Positions 7,992 to 16,602 of a stretch of 39,748 nt of DNA are shown here, piece by piece. The stretch covers positions 1 through 39,748 of the forward strand of contig FR901446.1 in the NCBI GenBank assembly GCA_000438355.1. Direction: 5' to 3'. Position numbers and translations under genes: made by a program. This DNA is from Clostridium sp. CAG:273 (GTDB lineage Bacteria; Bacillota; Clostridia; TANB77; CAG-508). How positions within the stretch are numbered: the first letter of the stretch is position 1; each line of letters starts with the position of its first letter. The notes beneath the pieces are model-generated. The model did not search any database and was not told the DNA's origin. It saw only the letters and a program-made list of their open reading frames with translations.

Positions 7992-8996
7992 ATGTTTATA
8001 CCGAATTTAATTTATTATGAAAAAGATGCATTAAATTATTTGTTAGGAAAAGAATTATTTGATAAATACAATGAAAAGAAAATTAAATTTATAGAGATAG
8101 AAAATCATAATAATATTGAGGAATTACGAACAAAAGAAAATAAAGAATTTGCTAATTTAAAAAGAAATTTAATTATAGGAATAAGAAAAACACATAAATT
8201 TGTTCCTAATTATAAAGTGTCAAATTATTTAGTGCCATATACATCTTCTGGTTGCACAGCAATGTGCTTATATTGCTATTTAGTTTGTAACTATAATAAA
8301 TGTTCATATTTGAGATTATTTGTTAATAGAGAAGAAATGCTTGATAAAATAAAAAGGGTTGCAAATAAAGAAGAAAAAGATTTAGTTTTTGAAATAGGGA
8401 GTAATAGTGATTTAATTTTGGAAAATACAATTACAAATAATTTGGTATGGACGATAGAAGAGTTTAAAAATAATCCAAAAGGATTACTAACATTTCCAAC
8501 TAAATTTGATATGGTAGACCCAATTTTACCATTAAATCATAAAGGAAAAGTAATTGCTAGGATGAGTGTTAACCCGAAAGAAATAATAAGAACAATAGAA
8601 ATAGGAACTTCACCATTGGAAAAGAGAGTACAAGCAATAAATAAACTTGCCGAAGCAGGTTATAAAATAGGTATTTTAATTGCACCTGTAATATTAGTGA
8701 AAAATTGGAAAATACAATATGAAGAATTGTTAAAATTTTTAGAAAATAATTTAAGTGAAAAAGCAAAGAAAAAAATATTTTTTGAAATAATATTTATGAC
8801 ATATAGCTATGTACATCGAATGATAAATAGTGAAGCATTTCCAACACTTGTTAATTTATATAACCAAGATATAATGACAGGTAGAGGAAAAGGAAAGTAT
8901 TGCTACAGACCAGATGTTAGAAAAGAGGCAGAAAAGGATATACTAGAACTTATGCATAGATATTTTCCAAATAATGAGATAAAGTATGTATCATAA
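7992..8996 (+). CDS. splB: Spore photoproduct lyase (radical SAM)
   Basis: MFIPNLIYYEKDALNYLLGKEL.. is co-linear with Bacillus SplB (..FVPQLVYIEPRALEYPLGQEL..). The CTAMCLYCY radical SAM triad, GTSPLEKRVQAINKLAEAGY and the C-terminal FPNNEIKY also fit. ATG 7992 is preferred over GTG 7983, which overlaps the SD (AGGGTGA). Confidence 0.9.
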   Translation: MFIPNLIYYEKDALNYLLGKELFDKYNEKKIKFIEIENHNNIEELRTKENKEFANLKRNLIIGIRKTHKFVPNYKVSNYLVPYTSSGCTAMCLYCYLVCNYNKCSYLRLFVNREEMLDKIKRVANKEEKDLVFEIGSNSDLILENTITNNLVWTIEEFKNNPKGLLTFPTKFDMVDPILPLNHKGKVIARMSVNPKEIIRTIEIGTSPLEKRVQAINKLAEAGYKIGILIAPVILVKNWKIQYEELLKFLENNLSEKAKKKIFFEIIFMTYSYVHRMINSEAFPTLVNLYNQDIMTGRGKGKYCYRPDVRKEAEKDILELMHRYFPNNEIKYVS

Positions 8997-9188
8997 GCAG
9001 AAAATTAGTTAATGAAAGGAAATAGTTTTAAAAGTATTGAAAAATAAAATTTAATATAGTAGAATAAATAATGTATATAGCAACACAAAACAAGCACAAA
9101 TAATGTTGAAAAAATGCGAAAAGAGTATTTCAAAATAAACAAAAAGAGGTACGCAAAAATGACAAAAGCTAAAACCGTTGAGACTGTA

Positions 9189-9208
9189 AGAGAGAGAGAG
9201 AGAGAGAG
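9189..9208. repeat. (AG)10 dinucleotide microsatellite in the leader upstream of the pilin-like gene
   Basis: Read directly: ten uninterrupted AG units occupy 9189..9208. Confidence 0.97.
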
Positions 9209-9312
9209 CTATACTTTACTAACATAGAGTATAGCTTAGTAAGATGTGGCAACAAAATTAATTTAATAAAAATCCAAGAAGGTAGAAATACCTTTATTGG
9301 TGTTATAAAAGA

Positions 9313-9347
9313 GACAGACTATAAATAAAAATAGCCTGTCATTTTTG
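9313..9347 (+). terminator. Intrinsic terminator / attenuator immediately upstream of the RBS of the pilin-like GLUG gene
   Basis: GACAGACTAT (9313..9322) pairs with ATAGCCTGTC (9331..9340), giving 9 bp and one mismatch, with an 8-nt loop. The tail ATTTTTG follows. The SD AAGGAGAGGAG begins about 10 nt later. Confidence 0.5.
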
Positions 9348-9374
9348 CATTTAAAAGAAGGAGAGGAGAACAAT

Positions 9375-12221
9375 ATGGAAGATAAAAAAGGAGATTTACA
9401 AAGTAATGGTGTGCTAAAACAAAACTTATTATTACAAACAAGTAAAAAGATAAACAGAAATCTAAATAAAAAAATAACAAATCAAAGAGGCATTACATTA
9501 TTAGCATTAGTTGTAACAATAGTTATTTTATTAATATTATCAGGAATAACAATAAGCAGTGTATTTGGGGATAATGGAATTATAGAAAAAAGTAAAATTG
9601 CAAAAAACGAAGTAGAAGTAGGAACAGTAAAAGAAGCTCTAAAACTATACTATTTAAGTAATGATATAGGACAAAAGGAACAAGATCCGGTAAATGGATT
9701 AATGCCAAAAGAAGAGATAACAGATGAAACTCTATTAAATATAATAATGGAAAACCAGGCAGGAATAGGAAACATAAAGCAGATAGAATATAGTAGATTA
9801 TATAAACTTGATTTATCAGTATTAGGAATTCCAAATATAGAAGAAAACAAATACTTTATGGATATAGGAACAAAAATAGTCTATATAAATAATGGAATAA
9901 AATTAAGTAAAGGCATAACATATGTATTAGAAGAAAAAGAAATATGGCCAGTATACTTAAGAGCAGAAGAAATAGAAGAAGGATTTAAATTAATAGCAAA
10001 TGTAGAAGATAATACAAATGTTAGAAACTATAACTTTTATATAGGCGAAGAACTATACAAAATAGTTTCAGGAAATGGAACAGAAGCACAAATAAATGTA
10101 ACAGATAAAGATTTTGGAGAATATGAATGTTATGTAAAAGTTAATAGAATGGGAGGAACGAGTGACAGTTCACCAAGCATTGTAGCAGAAAATTATTGTA
10201 TAAAAAATGCAAATGATATGGAAGTATTTAAAAATATGGTAAAAGAGGGAAATACATTTGCGGGAAAAAGAGTAAAGGTAGTAGCAGACATAGACTTAGG
10301 CGGAAGTAAGCAAAATAGAAATTGGGAGCCAATAGGAATAGAAGGAACAAGTTTTTCAGGCACATTAGAAGGAAATAATCATAAAATAAGTAATATATAT
10401 AATAAAGAGGTAAGCGGAAATTATCAAGGACTATTTGGAGTAGCACAAAATGCCACAATACAAAATATAATAATAGAAGGAGGACAAGTTCAAGGAAGGG
10501 AGTTTGTAGGAGGAATAATAGGAAATGGCAAAGGAACAAATATAATAGATTGTGAAAACCATGCACAAATAATAGCCCAAAAAGGAAATGTTGGAGGAAT
10601 AGTAGGAAGAATAGAAGAAAGTGGAAAAGTAGAACAATGTACAAATTATGGAAGTGTTAGTAGTAGTGGATATATAAATGATGTATTAGATACATTTATA
10701 GGAGGAATTATTGGTTCTTCATATAATGACATAATAATAACTGGCTGTATAAATCAAGGAAATATAACAAGTGAATATTCCGCAACAGGGGGAATTATAG
10801 GTGCAGCATTTGGAGATGGCAATAATAGTGTAAATAATTGTGAAAATAAAGGAACAATTCAAGTTACAGGAAAAAACATTAATAATGATGCAACTCTTGG
10901 AGGAGTGTTAGGTTATATTATAAATGGACAAGTAGATAATTGTAAAAATCAAGGAGAAGTAATAGGAGAAGGAAATAAAATCGGAGGAGTAATGGGCATA
11001 GCTGATGGAATAAATTTTGTAAGTTATTGCACAAATATTAATACAGTTACACAAAATAATGGGTTTGAAATAGGCGGAATTATAGGATTAAATAGTTTAG
11101 AGTCAAAAGTTTTTTATTGCACAAATAGTGGACAAATTAATGCAAATAGCTTTGAAGAAGAAACAGGAAATACTATAGCAGGGGGAATTATAGGAAATTC
11201 ACAAGGAACTATTAATGAATGCATAAATAATGGAAATGTGATAGCAAATGGAGCATATGTAGGTGGCATTGCAGGAAACACAATAAGCAGCATTACAAAT
11301 TGTCATAATGAAGGAATTATAACAGTTAAACAAAAGAATTCTGCTAAAAGAGTTTGTGTAGGGGGAATTTCAGGGCAGTTAGATACAGAAATTCTAAAAG
11401 AAGATGCAAAAATAGAAAACTGTTATAATATGGGGAATGTCTATGGAATAGGAATTGATGTAGCAGGAATTACAGCAATAAATATAGGAGGAACAATTAA
11501 AAATTGCTATAATACAGGAAGTGTTACTACCGAAACAGGAGTTGCAGGAGGAATTGTATCAGAATCTTTTAAAACTTCAGATGAAAGACTTCCAGTTATA
11601 GAAAACTGCTATAATACAGGAGCAGTAGAAGCAAAAGGAATAGTTGAGATGGAAGGATATATTGACTCTATTGCAGGAGGAATTGTAGCGGGAAACCATG
11701 GAATTACTAGAAAATGTTGGAACGAAGGTAAAGTTTATGGAATATCGGTAGTAGGAGGAATTGTAGGGACAAGTCTTAAAACAGTAACAGAGTGCTATAA
11801 TTTAGGAACTATAGAATCAAAAGGAAAAAATACCAATGGAGACTCTGTAGTAGGAGGAATTATAGGGAATTTAAACCAAAATGCAGATTTAAGTTATTGT
11901 TATAATAAAGGTATAGTGAGTGCAGACTATAATATGGTAGGAGGAATTGTAGGTTTTCAAGAAGCAAATTCAACAGTAAGTAATTCCTATAATACATTTC
12001 AAGTAGAGCAAAAACAAGAAAGTTCAATGCTAGTAGGAAGAACAGAAGGAACAGCTACTCTGAATAATTGTTATTATTTAGGAACAACTACATCAAATGA
12101 ATCCAGGACAGAAGCAGATATGAAAACACAAGCATTTGTTGATTTACTAGGTGGAAGTACCTATTGGAAATTAGATAGACAAAATCAAAATAATGGATTT
12201 ATTATTTTAAATTGGCAATAA
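9375..12221 (+). CDS. Large surface protein with a type IV pilin-like N-terminal hydrophobic segment and multiple GLUG-motif (GGIxG) repeats
   Basis: ATG 9375 lies behind the AAGGAGAGGAG SD (the track ORF starts at an upstream TTG). The N-terminus ..NQRGITLLALVVTIVILLILSGITISSVFGDNGIIEKSK resembles a prepilin leader plus hydrophobic helix but has Ala, not Glu, at +5. From about residue 380 there are about 20 repeats centred on VGGIIG/IGGIVG/AGGIVA with conserved Cys-x-N spacers (C.N.G), as in GLUG-motif proteins. Confidence 0.8.
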   Translation: MEDKKGDLQSNGVLKQNLLLQTSKKINRNLNKKITNQRGITLLALVVTIVILLILSGITISSVFGDNGIIEKSKIAKNEVEVGTVKEALKLYYLSNDIGQKEQDPVNGLMPKEEITDETLLNIIMENQAGIGNIKQIEYSRLYKLDLSVLGIPNIEENKYFMDIGTKIVYINNGIKLSKGITYVLEEKEIWPVYLRAEEIEEGFKLIANVEDNTNVRNYNFYIGEELYKIVSGNGTEAQINVTDKDFGEYECYVKVNRMGGTSDSSPSIVAENYCIKNANDMEVFKNMVKEGNTFAGKRVKVVADIDLGGSKQNRNWEPIGIEGTSFSGTLEGNNHKISNIYNKEVSGNYQGLFGVAQNATIQNIIIEGGQVQGREFVGGIIGNGKGTNIIDCENHAQIIAQKGNVGGIVGRIEESGKVEQCTNYGSVSSSGYINDVLDTFIGGIIGSSYNDIIITGCINQGNITSEYSATGGIIGAAFGDGNNSVNNCENKGTIQVTGKNINNDATLGGVLGYIINGQVDNCKNQGEVIGEGNKIGGVMGIADGINFVSYCTNINTVTQNNGFEIGGIIGLNSLESKVFYCTNSGQINANSFEEETGNTIAGGIIGNSQGTINECINNGNVIANGAYVGGIAGNTISSITNCHNEGIITVKQKNSAKRVCVGGISGQLDTEILKEDAKIENCYNMGNVYGIGIDVAGITAINIGGTIKNCYNTGSVTTETGVAGGIVSESFKTSDERLPVIENCYNTGAVEAKGIVEMEGYIDSIAGGIVAGNHGITRKCWNEGKVYGISVVGGIVGTSLKTVTECYNLGTIESKGKNTNGDSVVGGIIGNLNQNADLSYCYNKGIVSADYNMVGGIVGFQEANSTVSNSYNTFQVEQKQESSMLVGRTEGTATLNNCYYLGTTTSNESRTEADMKTQAFVDLLGGSTYWKLDRQNQNNGFIILNWQ

Positions 12222-12273
12222 AATTTTACAATAAATATTAAGAAAGAAATACTAACAATTTCTACACAAACAC

Positions 12274-12302
12274 TTGACAAATGAGTGAAAATGTTGTAAA
12301 GT
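12274..12302 (+). promoter_or_regulatory. Candidate sigma-A promoter of the ylxM-ffh operon
   Basis: TTGACA (12274..12279), 17-nt spacer, TAAAGT (12297..12302). Confidence 0.35.
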
Positions 12303-12356
12303 ATATTAGCATTACAAAAGTAGTGCTAATATTTTTTGTACTTAGGAAGTGATAAT

Positions 12357-12704
12357 GTGGAAGAAAAAGTTAAACTAAGTATGTTATGCCAAATATATGG
12401 CAAAATGCTAACTAAAAAGCAATATGAAATAATAAATGACTATTGCAATAACGATTTATCACTATCTGAAATAGCAGAAAATAATAGTATTACTAGGCAA
12501 GCAGTAAGAGATATAATTATGAAAGGGGAAAAGAAACTTTTCGAATTAGAAGAAAAGCTGGCATTTATGGAAAAGACAATGATACAGGAAAAACAGATTC
12601 AAGAAATATTAACAGAACTAAGCAAAATAGAAAATACATCATCAGACAAAAAAATAGCAAAAATTTTAAACCATATTAGCAAAGAATTAAGTTGTTTAGT
12701 TTAA
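12357..12704 (+). CDS. ylxM: YlxM/UPF0122 putative DNA-binding protein (sigma-70 region-4-like HTH) preceding ffh
   Basis: LCQIYGKMLTKKQYEIINDYCNNDLSLSEIAENNSITRQAVRDIIMKGEKKL is the YlxM signature. The position directly upstream of ffh is conserved. GTG 12357 is preferred because AGGAAG lies 7 nt upstream. Confidence 0.85.
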   Translation: MEEKVKLSMLCQIYGKMLTKKQYEIINDYCNNDLSLSEIAENNSITRQAVRDIIMKGEKKLFELEEKLAFMEKTMIQEKQIQEILTELSKIENTSSDKKIAKILNHISKELSCLV

Positions 12705-12728
12705 AAAACATATTAGGAGGAAAAAGTT

Positions 12729-14081
12729 ATGGCTTTTGAAGGATTATCTGCTAAGCTTCAAGAAGTTACAAGAAAATTAAGAGGCAAGGCAAGAATTACA
12801 GAATCAGATTTAAAAGAAATTTTAAGAGAAGTAAAACTTGCATTATTAGAGGCAGACGTAAACTATAAAATAGTAAAAGACTTTATAGCTACAATTCAAG
12901 AAAAAGCTTTAGGACAGGATGTGTTAAAATCTTTAACTCCAGGCCAACAAGTTGTTAAAATAGTAAAAGACGAGTTGGTAAATTTATTAGGTGGAGTTGA
13001 AAGCAAGGTAAACTTTACACCAAATCCTCCAACAATAATTATGTTAGTAGGTCTTCAAGGGTCTGGTAAAACAACGACAGCAGGAAAACTTGCTAATTTA
13101 TTTAGAAAAGAGGGTAAAAAACCATTACTTGTTGCGTGCGATGTTTATAGACCAGCAGCTATTAAGCAATTACAAGTAGTAGGAAGTCAACTAAACATAC
13201 CAGTATTTGCAAATGAAAACTCAAAAGATGTTGTGCATATTGCAAAACAAGCAATAAATACAGCTATAAGCAAATTAAATGACGTAGTAATACTAGATAC
13301 AGCAGGTAGACTTCATATAGATGAAGAACTTATGGATGAACTTAAAAATGTAAAAATTTCTGTGAAACCACACGAAATTTTGTTAGTTGTAGATAGTATG
13401 ACAGGTCAAGATGCTGTAAATGTAGCAACAGCATTTAACGAAAATTTGGGGATAGATGGAGTTGTACTTACAAAATTAGATGGTGACACTCGTGGTGGTG
13501 CAGCGCTTTCTGTCAAAAAGGTTACAGGAAAACCAATAAAATTTGCAGCAACTGGTGAAAAATTAAGTGATATAGAAGTATTCCATCCAGAAAGAATGGC
13601 AAGTAGAATTCTTGGAATGGGTGATGTACTTTCAATAATAGAAAAAGCAGAAGAAGCATTTGACTTGGAAGAAGCTGAAAAAATAGAAAAGCAGCTTAAG
13701 AAAAGAGAGTTTGACTTAGATGACTATTTAGTACAATTAAGGCAAGTAAAGAAAATGGGGTCTTTCTCATCTATTTTAAAGATGATACCAGGAATGGGTC
13801 AAATTAAGAACTTAAAAGTAGATGACAATGAGTTTAATAGAATAGAAGCAATTATATGTTCTATGACTGCAAAAGAAAGAAGAAACCCAAAACTTTTAAA
13901 TGGTAGCAGAAGGTTAAGAATTGCAAAAGGTAGTGGAACAACAGTACAAGAAATAAATAAATTCATGCAAACCTTTGAAACAACGCAAAAAATGATGAAG
14001 AAGTTACAAACAGATAAAGGCAGTATGAAAAAGTTAATGAAGGGTATTAACCCAGAAGATTTAAAAAACTTAAAATTTTAG
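12729..14081 (+). CDS. ffh: Signal recognition particle protein Ffh
   Basis: GLQGSGKTTTAGKLA (P-loop), DTAGRL and TKLDGDTRGG are the SRP54 GTPase motifs. The M-domain is Met-rich. Confidence 0.97.
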   Translation: MAFEGLSAKLQEVTRKLRGKARITESDLKEILREVKLALLEADVNYKIVKDFIATIQEKALGQDVLKSLTPGQQVVKIVKDELVNLLGGVESKVNFTPNPPTIIMLVGLQGSGKTTTAGKLANLFRKEGKKPLLVACDVYRPAAIKQLQVVGSQLNIPVFANENSKDVVHIAKQAINTAISKLNDVVILDTAGRLHIDEELMDELKNVKISVKPHEILLVVDSMTGQDAVNVATAFNENLGIDGVVLTKLDGDTRGGAALSVKKVTGKPIKFAATGEKLSDIEVFHPERMASRILGMGDVLSIIEKAEEAFDLEEAEKIEKQLKKREFDLDDYLVQLRQVKKMGSFSSILKMIPGMGQIKNLKVDDNEFNRIEAIICSMTAKERRNPKLLNGSRRLRIAKGSGTTVQEINKFMQTFETTQKMMKKLQTDKGSMKKLMKGINPEDLKNLKF

Positions 14082-14133
14082 ATTTTAATTTTTTATTTTT
14101 ATATAGATAGTATTTTTAGGGAGGTGAACTTAA

Positions 14134-14367
14134 ATGGTAAAAATAAGATTACAAAGACAAGGTGCAAAAAAAGCTCCATTTTATCATATAGTTGTTGCAG
14201 ATTCTAGAACATCAAGAGATGGAAAGATTATTGAAAAAATAGGAACATATGACCCAATGACAGATCCTTCTACAATAGTTCTTGACAAAGAAAAAGTAGA
14301 AAAATGGATTAAAAATGGTGCAAAACCAACAGACTCAGTAAAATCTTTAATAGAAAGAGCAAAATAA
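14134..14367 (+). CDS. rpsP: 30S ribosomal protein S16
   Basis: [41 protein letters not shown] is the canonical S16 sequence. Confidence 0.95.
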   Translation: MVKIRLQRQGAKKAPFYHIVVADSRTSRDGKIIEKIGTYDPMTDPSTIVLDKEKVEKWIKNGAKPTDSVKSLIERAK

Positions 14368-14392
14368 TAGTGTTTGAAAGAAAGGCAAAAAA

Positions 14393-14626
14393 ATGAAAGA
14401 AATATTAAATGTTATTTTAAATAACCTTGTAGACAATAAAGAAGATATAGAAATAGTAGTAACAGAAAAAGAAAATCATATAAATTTTAGTGTAAAAGTT
14501 GCTTCTACAGATATGGGAAAAATTATTGGAAGACAAGGAAAAACAGCAAAATCAATTAGAACACTTATGAAATCGCTAGCATCAAAGGAAAAGAAAACTG
14601 TAAGTATAGAATTTTCTGAAAAATAA
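14393..14626 (+). CDS. khpA: KH domain RNA-binding protein (YlqC/KhpA family)
   Basis: GKIIGRQGKTAKSIRTLM is the KH GxxG motif. The protein is 77 aa and sits in the conserved position between rpsP and rimM. Confidence 0.85.
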   Translation: MKEILNVILNNLVDNKEDIEIVVTEKENHINFSVKVASTDMGKIIGRQGKTAKSIRTLMKSLASKEKKTVSIEFSEK

Positions 14627-14635
14627 AGGAGTATT

Positions 14636-15145
14636 ATGAAGCAAGAGTATTTTGAAATTGGACAAATTGTAAATACCTTTGGAATTAAAGGAATAGTTAA
14701 AGTAAATGCTTATACAGATGATCCTTTAGAATTTGCGAACCTAAAAACAATTTTAATAGAGAAAAATAAGAAACTATTAGAATTTGAAATAGAAGAAGCA
14801 AAGCTTCATAAAAATCAAGTATTGCTTAAAATAAAAGGAATAGATGATATAAATGAAGCAGAAAAGTACAGAGGGTGTTTTATAAAAATTCCAAGAGAGA
14901 AAGCAAAAAAGCTTCCAAAAGATACTTATTTTATAGCAGATTTAATAGGATTACAAGTTTATACTGACAGTGGAGAATTACTTGGAAAAGTAGATGATAT
15001 TTATAATTCTGGTTCAGCAGATATTTATGTTGTAAAAGACGAACTAGGAAAACAAATACTTTTACCAGGAATTAAAGACGTTATAAAACAAATTGATGTA
15101 GATAATGAAAAAATAATAGTTCACTTAATAGATGGTTTAATATAG
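14636..15145 (+). CDS. rimM: Ribosome maturation factor RimM
   Basis: The N-terminal FEIGQIVNTFGIKGIVKV and the PRC-barrel C-terminus fit RimM, as does synteny with trmD. Confidence 0.9.
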   Translation: MKQEYFEIGQIVNTFGIKGIVKVNAYTDDPLEFANLKTILIEKNKKLLEFEIEEAKLHKNQVLLKIKGIDDINEAEKYRGCFIKIPREKAKKLPKDTYFIADLIGLQVYTDSGELLGKVDDIYNSGSADIYVVKDELGKQILLPGIKDVIKQIDVDNEKIIVHLIDGLI

Positions 15146-15154
15146 GGAGGCAAG

Positions 15155-15835
15155 ATGAAGTTTAGTGTTCTTACTCTTTTCCCAGATATGTTTTCACCTT
15201 TAAAACAAAGCATTATAGGAAAAGCAATAGAAGATAAAAAAATAGAACTGAACTTAATAAATATAAGAGACTTTTCAAAAGATAAGCACAAGAAGGTAGA
15301 TGATACACCATATGGTGGAGGAGCTGGAATGGTAATGAAAGCAGATGTTGTCTATGATGCTTATGAACATATAAAAGATGAAAAGGCTAAAGTTATATTT
15401 TTATCTCCTCAAGGAAAAACATTAAACCAAAATAAAGTAAAAGAACTAGCAACAGAAGAACATATTATACTATTATGTGGACATTATGAGGGAATTGACC
15501 AAAGAGTTATTGATGAAATAGTTGATGAAGAAATATCAATTGGAGATTATGTTCTAACAGGTGGAGAGTTACCTGCAATGGTATTAATAGATAGTGTAAG
15601 CAGATATGTAGAAGGAGTATTAAGTAAAGATTCCATAAAAGAAGAGTCATTTACTAATAACTTATTAGAATATCCACAATACACTAGACCAGAAATATTT
15701 CACGGAATTAAAGTGCCAGAAGTCTTACTATCGGGGCACCATGAGAACATAAAAAAGTGGAGAGAAGAGCAATCACTTAAAAATACTCTTCAAAAAAGAC
15801 CAAATTTATTAAAAAGAAAGGAGGATATTCAATAA
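15155..15835 (+). CDS. trmD: tRNA (guanine37-N1)-methyltransferase TrmD
   Basis: [50 protein letters not shown] and LEYPQYTRP are TrmD motifs. Confidence 0.95.
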   Translation: MKFSVLTLFPDMFSPLKQSIIGKAIEDKKIELNLINIRDFSKDKHKKVDDTPYGGGAGMVMKADVVYDAYEHIKDEKAKVIFLSPQGKTLNQNKVKELATEEHIILLCGHYEGIDQRVIDEIVDEEISIGDYVLTGGELPAMVLIDSVSRYVEGVLSKDSIKEESFTNNLLEYPQYTRPEIFHGIKVPEVLLSGHHENIKKWREEQSLKNTLQKRPNLLKRKEDIQ

Positions 15836-16383
15836 TGGATATCATAAAATCAATAGAACATGAACAACTAAAAGATAAGATACCAGATTTGAAAGTTGGT
15901 GATACAGTAAGAGTACACCAAAAAATTAAAGAAGGTAACAGAGAAAGAATTCAAGTTTTTGAAGGAATTATTATAAAAAAACAAGGTGGAGGATTAAACG
16001 CTACATTTACAGTAAGAAAAATAGCTTATGGTGTTGGAGTTGAAAAAACATTTTTAATTCACTCACCATTAGTAGAAAAAGTAGAAGTAGTAAGAGTTGG
16101 TAAAGCAAGAAGAGCAAAACTATATTACTTAAGAGACAGAATTGGTAAAGCAGCTAAGACAAAAGAAGATATAGGTGCTAGAATTGAAACTAACGAAATT
16201 AGTGTAAAAGAAACTGTAGAAGCACCTGTTTCTGAAGAAGTTGCAACACCAGTAGAAGATAGCAAAGAAGAAGCACCAGCTGTAAAAGAGGAAACTCCAG
16301 TTGTTGAAGAAGTTGTAGATACAGTTAAAGAAGAAAAAGTTGAAACTGTAAAAGAAACTTCAGAAGAAAAAGAAAGTAAATAA
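15835..16383 (+). CDS. rplS: 50S ribosomal protein L19 with a ~69-aa acidic C-terminal extension
   Basis: The L19 core is present: ..[56 protein letters not shown]. The ATG overlaps the trmD stop (TAATG). An E/V/K/T/P-rich tail follows. Confidence 0.93.
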   Translation: MDIIKSIEHEQLKDKIPDLKVGDTVRVHQKIKEGNRERIQVFEGIIIKKQGGGLNATFTVRKIAYGVGVEKTFLIHSPLVEKVEVVRVGKARRAKLYYLRDRIGKAAKTKEDIGARIETNEISVKETVEAPVSEEVATPVEDSKEEAPAVKEETPVVEEVVDTVKEEKVETVKETSEEKESK

Positions 16384-16418
16384 TATTTAAAGAAATAATT
16401 AAAATAAGAAATACGAAA

Positions 16419-16458
16419 ATAAACTTTGTTATATCAAATAGCAAGGTTTATTTTTTTG
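16419..16458 (+). terminator. Intrinsic terminator after rplS
   Basis: ATAAACTTTG (16419..16428) pairs with CAAGGTTTAT (16442..16451), including one G-U pair. Seven T follow. Confidence 0.7.
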
Positions 16459-16536
16459 TTGGGGTATTTTCTTATTCTATTACTTAAGACATTATCACAT
16501 TTTTTCATATACATAAAATAATTAAGAATTTTTATC

Positions 16537-16565
16537 TATTTTTTTTATTTTTAATGTGATATAAT
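16537..16565 (+). promoter_or_regulatory. Candidate extended -10 promoter for dnaE
   Basis: TGaTATAAT lies at 16557..16565. The -35 region is only T-rich. Confidence 0.35.
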
Positions 16566-16602
16566 GAGGTCGAAAAAAGTAGAATAATAAAGGGAGCAGA
16601 AA

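Noticed and set aside
9159-9227. Calling the 22-codon uORF (MTKAKTVETVRERERESYTLLT) as a real peptide gene.
   Set aside because: It is too short to evaluate and has no comparative evidence. It is reported only as context for the (AG)10 repeat.
9580-10644. Antisense ORFs inside the GLUG gene (9580..9834, 9650..9850, 10228..10644, 10431..10637, all -).
   Set aside because: They are Leu/Phe/Tyr-rich translations of the reverse complement of a purine-rich coding strand. They have no SD and are fully embedded in a gene with clear repeat architecture.
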